From NCBI GenBank assembly GCA_020059915.1, contig JAGVBB010000002.1, forward strand, positions 62,129 through 126,128: 64,000 nt of DNA. The letters run 5' to 3'. The position numbers and the translations under genes were made by a program. Under the pieces are notes generated by a model. The model searched no databases. It was not told where the DNA came from and worked only from the letters and a program-made list of their open reading frames with translations. Origin of the DNA: Minisyncoccota bacterium. Its GTDB lineage: Bacteria; Patescibacteriota; Minisyncoccia; UBA6257; GWB1-50-10. Of this stretch, positions 57,096 through 64,000 are shown piece by piece (the first letter of the stretch is position 1; the number at the start of each line of letters is the position of its first letter).

Positions 57096-57830
57096 CTATT
57101 TGTTGATAATTCCCTCGATTATTAAAAACATCGGCGTATGGTGGAGTGTTCTATAAAATCCATTTTCATTAAATGTTTCAGGAAGCACACATTCTTCAAT
57201 ATTAGAAATAAATATATTGTGTGAAGAAAAAAGGTTTATGTAGTACTCAATAGGTCGATGGAAAACCGTGGTAGTGTGTGTTGTATCCAATATATTCCAC
57301 CCTATTTTCTTTTTACTCTTGTATTTTTTTAACAAAAACGAGGGATCTTGAAGGCATATTTTATCTTTTATTGATTTGTATATAGATCCACTGGTAAATA
57401 TTGGGTGTAATATCGAAACAATGAACAATCCATTTTTCTTTAATACACGAATAACCTCTTTTATTGCACGTTCTGGGTTTTCTAAATCCATAAAAACCAT
57501 ATTCGATACAACAATATCAAATGAATTATCTTCAAAGGGAAGTGCATCTTCTATATCACCAATAAAAAAATTAATATTCTTATTTTTTTTTGCAATAGCA
57601 ATGAGATTTTCCGATATATCTATTCCCGTTACATGTGCTCCTAATGTTGATAAAATCTCTGAAAAATATCCCTGCCCACAACCCAAATCAAGCACGGAAC
57701 GGTTTTTTATATTTTTAAAATATTTTAATAGTGCACTATCAAGAATATTTTTTCTAAAAAAATCACCGCGTACGATTTTTAAATCGTATTCCGCGGCGAT
57801 TCTATTCCACTCCCCACGCTTATCGCGCAT
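57096..57830 (-). CDS. class I SAM-dependent methyltransferase
   Basis: Motif I VLDLGCGQGYFS, motif II DIVVSNMVF. Confidence 0.7.
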   Translation of the reverse strand: MRDKRGEWNRIAAEYDLKIVRGDFFRKNILDSALLKYFKNIKNRSVLDLGCGQGYFSEILSTLGAHVTGIDISENLIAIAKKNKNINFFIGDIEDALPFEDNSFDIVVSNMVFMDLENPERAIKEVIRVLKKNGLFIVSILHPIFTSGSIYKSIKDKICLQDPSFLLKKYKSKKKIGWNILDTTHTTTVFHRPIEYYINLFSSHNIFISNIEECVLPETFNENGFYRTLHHTPMFLIIEGIINK

Positions 57831-57836
57831 AATTTC

Positions 57837-58931
57837 TTAAAAACCGAGTTTTTTTGCTGCGTCCTGTGCCCCTTGGTAGTTTGTGCTTATAAGTAATATA
57901 TTATCAAACCATGTATAACTAAGAGCATTTCCTTGTGTTGAAAATGGAATATACCGAGCACTCATGGTGCCAACTTTGCCATCTTTCCATGTTTGTTCTT
58001 TTCCTGGGTCAACCATGAACAACGAAAGCCATTCTGTGTTAGATTCAATTTTTTTCACCTCCTCTTTTGCTAGGGTTAAGGATTCATTTTTTGCTTTCAA
58101 TATCATTCCTGGCCACACTCCTTTTTGGTCTGTGTAGGTAAATAAGGTGAAATCTTCATCAAATAATTTTGAAGAGGATGAATTTATAACCGATGGAATG
58201 AATAACGTAGCGAGTTTTGAAATACCAAATATCATTCCATCAACATTTTTGAATATGGTCTCGCGGAACACTGGAACTTCCACGGTATTTCCCTTCCATG
58301 TTTCTTTTATTGCTTCAATTGTTTCTGTGTTCAGGGTTGCCTCTGAAGAAAAATCAGCGGGAACTTTAAATAATGATGTGTGTGTGCTTAGTCCAGTTGT
58401 TGGAGGAACTTCTATTGGTGAGGTATTTTCTGTCGTTGTTGCTCCTTCTGTATTATTCTGATTGTTGGTGTCTATGTTTTCATTAGTTACTACAGGAGCT
58501 GTTTCCTCTGTGATTGTTTCTGGTGTTGGTGTTCCCAAAATGAATTTTGGATACACATAAAAATATCCTATTGCTATGAGTCCCAACAATATTATGACAA
58601 CAGCGAGAATAACAAACATATTTCCACCCTTTTTTTGAGGAAGAGGAATAACGACGTCACCACTCGCCTGTGGCGGGGTTACCACGGCGTCTTTTGTGGT
58701 ATTCATTGGTGATGTGGATGCTTTGTTTTCTTGCTCGCCTACTTGTTGTGTTGGCGTATATGGATGTGGATCTCCGCCACCCATTTCTTTTATTGATGCT
58801 GTGTCGGAAGCCATAGTTCGCATTACAACATCATTTTGTGGTGCTGGAATAATCGGAGACTCACCCTCACCAGTTCCGATTACTGGTTTCTCCGACCACT
58901 GATTTTGATTCGGAAATTGATTATCTGCCAT
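57837..58931 (-). CDS. hypothetical membrane protein with a disordered N-terminal region and a C-terminal extracytoplasmic domain
   Basis: Pro/Thr/Gln-rich N-terminus, single TM helix (FVILAVVIILLGLIAIGYFYV), then a ~230-aa domain. Confidence 0.4.
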   Translation of the reverse strand: MADNQFPNQNQWSEKPVIGTGEGESPIIPAPQNDVVMRTMASDTASIKEMGGGDPHPYTPTQQVGEQENKASTSPMNTTKDAVVTPPQASGDVVIPLPQKKGGNMFVILAVVIILLGLIAIGYFYVYPKFILGTPTPETITEETAPVVTNENIDTNNQNNTEGATTTENTSPIEVPPTTGLSTHTSLFKVPADFSSEATLNTETIEAIKETWKGNTVEVPVFRETIFKNVDGMIFGISKLATLFIPSVINSSSSKLFDEDFTLFTYTDQKGVWPGMILKAKNESLTLAKEEVKKIESNTEWLSLFMVDPGKEQTWKDGKVGTMSARYIPFSTQGNALSYTWFDNILLISTNYQGAQDAAKKLGF

Positions 58932-58980
58932 TACCTAAAGTATAACAAATAACACACAACCCACAACCAAAGATAACACA

Positions 58981-59012
58981 AAACCCCGTCTACCTTTGGT
59001 ATGACGGGGTTT
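58981..59012 (-). terminator. intrinsic terminator downstream of pnp
   Basis: ccccgtctacctttggtatgacgggg hairpin with a U-tract on the minus strand. Confidence 0.6.
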
Positions 59013-59025
59013 GGAGAATAAAAAA

Positions 59026-61083
59026 TTATTTTATTTGTAATCCTTTCATCGCTTTTATTGAAAGGCCAATTTTTCCCTCATCTGCGCGTATAACCTTTGC
59101 GGTTATTCGATCGCCGAGCTTAACCACGTCTTCCACTTTTTTTACAAATCCTTCTTTTAATTCAGAAACATGTATCATGCCATCTTGTCCCCCACCAAGA
59201 TCAACAATTGCTCCAAATTCTAATATGCGAACAATTGGACCTTCAATAATATCGCCAATTTTATACTCTTTTGTAAGTGAGGTTACCTCTTCCAGCCCCT
59301 TAAGGACGCCCGCGTGATCGGTTCCTGAAACATATACTGTTCCATCTTCATCAATATCAATTGATATTTTTCCGCCACATTTTTCAATAATTCCGTTTAT
59401 TGTTTTCCCACCTGGACCAATTACCATGCCGATTTTTTCTGGATTTATTTTATGTATCTTTATAAGCGGTGCATATGGAGATAACTCTTTTCTTGGCTCA
59501 CTTATAGAGGATTTAATAACTTCCAAGATTTGAAGCCTTGCCTTCTCTGCTGCATGTAATGCATTAATAAATATCTCTGGGTTGATTCCTCCTATTTTTA
59601 CGTCCATTTGTACAGCGGTAATCCCTTCGTCTGTTCCTGTTACTTTAAAGTCCATGTCTCCATAATGATCTTCTGGTCCTTGAATATCTGTGAGAATTTT
59701 ATATGCACCTTCGGTGCCCGTCATGAGACCGATTGCGATACCCGCAACTGGTTTTTTTATTGGTACACCCGCGTCCATAAGTGCTAACGTTGCCGCACAT
59801 GTTGATGCCATTGAGGATGATCCATTTGATGAAAGTGTTTCTGCAACTATACGAATGGTATATGGAAATTCCTCTTTTGGTGGTATCACTTGCTCTACTG
59901 CTTTTGCAGCAAGTGCGCCATGCCCAATTTCTCTTCGCCCCAAACTTCTTGCCCTTCCTACTTCCCCTGTTGAGAATTTAGGGAAATTATAATGGAGCAT
60001 AAAGCGTTTTTTGGTTGTTGCTTCCATTGTTTCAATAAGTTGTTCTTGTGCGGGTGATGCAAGCGTTGCAACAGCAAGCACTTGTGTTTCGCCACGAATA
60101 AAAAGCCCCGTTCCATGCATACGTGGAAGTATTCCTGTTCCCGCATATAAATCACGAATCTGATCAAATGCGCGACCATCAACACGCTTTCCTTCCTTTA
60201 ACGCAAGATCATGCACAAATGCATCTACTTCTGCTTCAAAAAGAAATTCTCCATATCTCAATACTTCGTCATTATGTTCAAGTGTTCTGAGATGTTCAAA
60301 CATTTCATATTTGAGTTGTTCAACGTTATGTGTGCTCAGCGCATCTTCTATTTTTCCACGAAGGAACGTACGAACTATATTTTTTGCTTCATTGCTTGGT
60401 TCTGGGATCATTACATCCGCTTTTTCTTTTCCAATTTCTTTTGCAATACCTTCTTGAAAGAGAACGAGTTTTTTAATTTCGTCGTGTGATTTCTCAAATA
60501 TGGATTGTAATGTTTCTTTTCCTACCTCTTTTCCAGAAAATTCTATCATGTTAATAAAATCTTTTGTTCCAGAAAAGAATGACATAAATGTTTTTTCATC
60601 CTGTCCCTCTTTTGATTCAACGCGTACACCAGCTACTGGACCCCCCCATGGAATATCTGAAATCATGAGCGCCACAGATGTTGTAAGAAGTCCTATTTCT
60701 TCTGGGTCATGAATTTCATCATATGTAAGTATAGTAATCGTTATTTGTACTTCTCTGCGAAGACGCTGATCAAACAATGGACGGATAGTTCTATCAATAA
60801 TACGTCCTGAGAGAATTGCGTCATCGGATGGCTTTCCCTCCCTTCTCATGAACCTACTTCCGAGTATTTTTCCGGAAGCATAAAAACGCTCTTCATAATC
60901 TACGGAAAGAGGAAAATAGTCGAGTTGGGTATCATTCTTTCCCATTACTGCTGTTACTAATACGGTTGTATCTCCCAAGCGACCGATTACTGCTGCATTT
61001 GCTTGTCCTGCGAGCCGAGACACCTCAATCGTCACGGGTGCACCACTAAGCGTTGTGGTAAATTGTTTTTTCTCTAAATTCAT
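59026..61083 (-). CDS. pnp: polyribonucleotide nucleotidyltransferase (PNPase)
   Basis: Two RNase PH domains, KH and S1 C-terminal domains; 685 aa. Confidence 0.9.
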   Translation of the reverse strand: MNLEKKQFTTTLSGAPVTIEVSRLAGQANAAVIGRLGDTTVLVTAVMGKNDTQLDYFPLSVDYEERFYASGKILGSRFMRREGKPSDDAILSGRIIDRTIRPLFDQRLRREVQITITILTYDEIHDPEEIGLLTTSVALMISDIPWGGPVAGVRVESKEGQDEKTFMSFFSGTKDFINMIEFSGKEVGKETLQSIFEKSHDEIKKLVLFQEGIAKEIGKEKADVMIPEPSNEAKNIVRTFLRGKIEDALSTHNVEQLKYEMFEHLRTLEHNDEVLRYGEFLFEAEVDAFVHDLALKEGKRVDGRAFDQIRDLYAGTGILPRMHGTGLFIRGETQVLAVATLASPAQEQLIETMEATTKKRFMLHYNFPKFSTGEVGRARSLGRREIGHGALAAKAVEQVIPPKEEFPYTIRIVAETLSSNGSSSMASTCAATLALMDAGVPIKKPVAGIAIGLMTGTEGAYKILTDIQGPEDHYGDMDFKVTGTDEGITAVQMDVKIGGINPEIFINALHAAEKARLQILEVIKSSISEPRKELSPYAPLIKIHKINPEKIGMVIGPGGKTINGIIEKCGGKISIDIDEDGTVYVSGTDHAGVLKGLEEVTSLTKEYKIGDIIEGPIVRILEFGAIVDLGGGQDGMIHVSELKEGFVKKVEDVVKLGDRITAKVIRADEGKIGLSIKAMKGLQIK

Positions 61084-61108
61084 ATGTTAGTTAGAATACC
61101 TTGTTTTT

Positions 61109-61705
61109 TTATTTTTGTCTTCTTTTGGTTCTTTTTTGCTGATGTATAGGAAGGAGTATTTTTGGTATGTCCTCAAGTTCAATAATACGGTCGACAACCT
61201 CTTTTAGGTGCCCGGAGGTTGTTTTGGAAAATCCAGCTACCTCAACACGTTTTCCTAGACCAACTTGCAGATATTCAACAAGAGGAATGAAATCCCCATC
61301 ACCAGTAACTAGTATGATCACATCAAGGGAATGCGCGGTACGTATCGCATCAACTGCAATACCAACATCCCAATCCGCTTTTTTTGATCCATCAGAAAAT
61401 ATTTGTAAATCTTTTATTCGTAACTCAAAACCAGATTTTCTGAGAGCATCAAAAAATGAATCCTCTCCTGTTATAGGATCGCTCTTTGCAACGTATGCGA
61501 CAGCGCGTGCAAGTGTACGATTTCCTGTGAGGAATTTAATAAGTTCAGAAAAATTTACCCGAGAGCGGTATAAATGTTTTGCTGAATGATAAATATTCTG
61601 AGCATCAATAAAAATCCCGATTCTCTGGTGTGGGAATACGGGATGATTATTGGTATTACGCTTCAAGTTCGAGTTTTTTTGCGAGTTTGTCATACTCTTT
61701 TTCAT
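61109..61705 (-). CDS. NYN/LabA-like PIN-fold domain protein
   Basis: GIFIDAQNIY...ILVTGDGDF motifs; the ORF-track start overlaps the rpsO 3' end by 50 nt, so the start is uncertain. Confidence 0.55.
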   Translation of the reverse strand: MKKSMTNSQKNSNLKRNTNNHPVFPHQRIGIFIDAQNIYHSAKHLYRSRVNFSELIKFLTGNRTLARAVAYVAKSDPITGEDSFFDALRKSGFELRIKDLQIFSDGSKKADWDVGIAVDAIRTAHSLDVIILVTGDGDFIPLVEYLQVGLGKRVEVAGFSKTTSGHLKEVVDRIIELEDIPKILLPIHQQKRTKRRQK

Positions 61706-61922
61706 CTGTTCGCTTCAAATACTGGAGAAATCGGCGTCGTTTTCCGACCATCATAAGAAGACCACGGCGAGAGTGATTATCTTTTGGGTTTTTCTTTAGG
61801 TGATCTGCAAGTGCCTTAATTTGTTTAGTAAGGAGACCAACTTGCACCTTTGCGGAGCCAGTGTCGGTATCGTGTACTTGAAAATCTTTTATTGCTGATT
61901 GCTTTTTCCGCTTCGTAAGCAT
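61656..61922 (-). CDS. rpsO: 30S ribosomal protein S15
   Basis: ...DTGSAKVQVGLLTKQIKALADHLKKNPKDNHSRRGLLMMVGKRRRFLQYLKR... S15 signature. Confidence 0.85.
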   Translation of the reverse strand: MLTKRKKQSAIKDFQVHDTDTGSAKVQVGLLTKQIKALADHLKKNPKDNHSRRGLLMMVGKRRRFLQYLKRTDEKEYDKLAKKLELEA

Positions 61923-62036
61923 ATATGCGTGTATCTTACTATGAAAGGTGCTTTATGTCAATTTATCCATATATAGCTATCATTTGTGTCTTTTGTCGCA
62001 CAATATTTTGGGGTAGAATGATACTAATGAACGAAG

Positions 62037-62914
62037 CAGAGCGAGTAGTTGGAGAATATCTTGATTATTTAGAGATTGAAAAAAATCGATCTCCAAAAAC
62101 ACGGGAAAACTATGGGCGATATCTTTTTCGATTTTTAAAAGATCAACAAATAAAAAAGATATTGGATATTACTGATACATCAGTGCGAAGTTTTCGTGTC
62201 CACTTATCGAGAGAAAATACTAAAAAAGTTACTCAAAGCTATTATGTAATTGCAATCAGGAATTTTTTAAAATATTGCATAAAACGAGGAATGAAAGTGC
62301 TTTCCCCAGAAACGATAGAGCTTCCAAAAATAGCACGCAGGGATATTGAGGTATTGGACTATAGTGAGTTAGAACGATTATTGAAGGCGCCAGAAGGAAA
62401 CTCCTTGCGCGCATTGAGAGATAGGGCAATTCTCGAGATGTTGTTTTCAACGGGATTGCGCGTTTCAGAGCTTTGTTCTTTGAATAGATATATTGATATT
62501 AACCGCGGAGAATTTTCTGTTAGAGGAAAAGGAGAAAAGTTGCGTGTAGTGTTTATCTCTGATTCTGCAAAAAAAAATTTAAAAGAATATCTTGATAAGC
62601 GTCCCGATGCAGAAGAAGCACTATTTATTTCTCTCTCAAAATCGGGAAATGTAACAGGGCGCATTATTCCTCGTGGGGTTCAACGATTAGTTGATTTTTA
62701 TGCACGAAAAGCAGGTATATCAAAAAAAGTACATCCACATCAATTACGGCATTCTTTTGCCACAGATTTACTTATTAATGGAGCAGATCTTCGATCGGTG
62801 CAGGAAATGTTGGGTCATGCAAATATTGCCACTACACAGGTATATACTCATCTTACCAATAAAGAACTTCATGAAGTTCATGAGGCATTTCATGGAAGAC
62901 GGAGAAAAAAATAA
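62037..62914 (+). CDS. tyrosine recombinase XerC/XerD family
   Basis: C-terminal catalytic motifs RHSFAT...LGH...TTQVYTHL (R-H-R-Y); start set at the internal Met (MNEAERVVGEYLDYLE...). Confidence 0.8.
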
Positions 62915-63847
62915 TTATTTTAGCCCAAATGTTACTGGCGCAATAGCAATGAATCCGATGCATATAATAGTAAAAAGAATAGCATAGGAAACAAATTGAT
63001 ATTTCTTTTCCAATCCACTGGTAAGTTTTACTATCCAGTATGCAGACAAACAAAAAGAGAAAATGAGAGCAGGAAAATAATGATATATAAACATATATCG
63101 TGGAATGAGAGCAAAGGGAAGTAATAATGCTATATAGCCCCCATATAGGTACATGATATTTTTATCAACCATTTTTTTGCGCATTCTCGTGATAGTAACA
63201 TAGAAAAGAGTTGTTATAACACTTAAAAATCCAATACCCCACAATGTTGGGTTTCCTATCATACACAGTGGTATGTTTTCTTTGTAACAAAACGAACCAA
63301 TCATAAATGGCCACTCAATCCATCTACTTTGTGCTGGATGGGTTGCCTGGATACTTGAATATCCTTGTGCAGACCATATAACCTCATGAAACAATAAATA
63401 TGTTTTTAGAGATATATTTTGTCCCAGAGAAAGATGTTCTGGTATTTTTGGTAGTTCTTGAGACACGTTGGCATTTACTGAATTCGTAAATGAATGCCAC
63501 TCTTTTGTTGGAAATGAAAACCACTGAATTCCTATCCAGAGAATTCCGAGTGTGAGCAATCCAATAGTAATAAATTTATAATTTTTCCAAAATCCAAATT
63601 TTTTGAAAAAGATAAATGGAAGAAAAATAATTCCCACGAGTTTTGTTGCGAGTGCACAACCCCACATGATTCCAGAAATAATCCCAGTGTCTTTGTATTT
63701 TAAAAATTGCCAGAGAGCAAGAAATGAAAAAGAAAGAAACACGCCATCAAGCAATATAAAACGCGTTTCTATAAGTAGTGAATTTTCAAGTGTTACAAAA
63801 AATGCAGAAAGAAGTGCAATTGTGTCATTCTTTGTGAGCTCGCGCAT
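62915..63847 (-). CDS. polytopic membrane protein, GT39/ArnT-like glycosyltransferase (C-terminal part; may extend or be frameshifted upstream)
   Basis: Multiple TM helices with Trp/Phe-rich loops; N-terminus not resolved within the window. Confidence 0.4.
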   Translation of the reverse strand: MRELTKNDTIALLSAFFVTLENSLLIETRFILLDGVFLSFSFLALWQFLKYKDTGIISGIMWGCALATKLVGIIFLPFIFFKKFGFWKNYKFITIGLLTLGILWIGIQWFSFPTKEWHSFTNSVNANVSQELPKIPEHLSLGQNISLKTYLLFHEVIWSAQGYSSIQATHPAQSRWIEWPFMIGSFCYKENIPLCMIGNPTLWGIGFLSVITTLFYVTITRMRKKMVDKNIMYLYGGYIALLLPFALIPRYMFIYHYFPALIFSFCLSAYWIVKLTSGLEKKYQFVSYAILFTIICIGFIAIAPVTFGLK

Positions 63848-64000
63848 AAAAAGAAATACTGCGAGAACAAGAAGGACGCCAAAAAATGAACTAATAGCAC
63901 GAAGTGGTATGTATGGAAATGTAGTAAACGTCCTATTAATAAGTTCGTATTTTACTATGCCGTCTCTGGTGAGTTTTACAAATGGGGCATCTACTAATGA

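Overview
The window is AT-rich and gene-dense, with short intergenic spacers and many intrinsic terminators. It looks like chromosomal DNA from a small-genome bacterium; my impression is a Patescibacteria/CPR-like organism, which is a judgement and not a computed result. It spans the replication-origin neighbourhood (dnaA-dnaN with DnaA boxes between them, and rpmH-rnpA-yidC-jag). Housekeeping genes dominate: trpS, ileS, argS, tmRNA plus smpB, infC-rpmI-rplT, a clpC-like gene, murB, a murE-like gene, ruvA, ruvB, ruvC, polA, dnaN, pnp, rpsT, rpsO, ksgA, comM, xerC/D, a class A PBP and a type IV pilus ATPase. One tRNA-Arg(CCG) and one tmRNA are present; no rRNA or CRISPR array was seen. The standout region is a ~13 kb block of 11 tightly packed, co-directional minus-strand genes (39864..52902) between jag and ksgA. 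Almost all encode membrane or secreted proteins with no obvious family. They are organised around a VirB4-type ATPase that is split into two ORFs, a PrgI/VirB3-like protein, a VirB6-like polytopic protein and a protein ending in a Peptidase_M15A-type cell-wall hydrolase domain. I read this as a minimal Gram-positive-style type IV secretion-like apparatus, with no VirD4 or relaxase visible in the window. Other notable items are an IleRS carrying a full histidine-phosphatase (PGM-like) domain inserted in its body, an rpmH with an apparent 1-nt frameshift, two candidate structured ncRNA loci (9.3-9.7 kb and 26.6-26.8 kb), and a ClpP-like protein that has lost its catalytic His.
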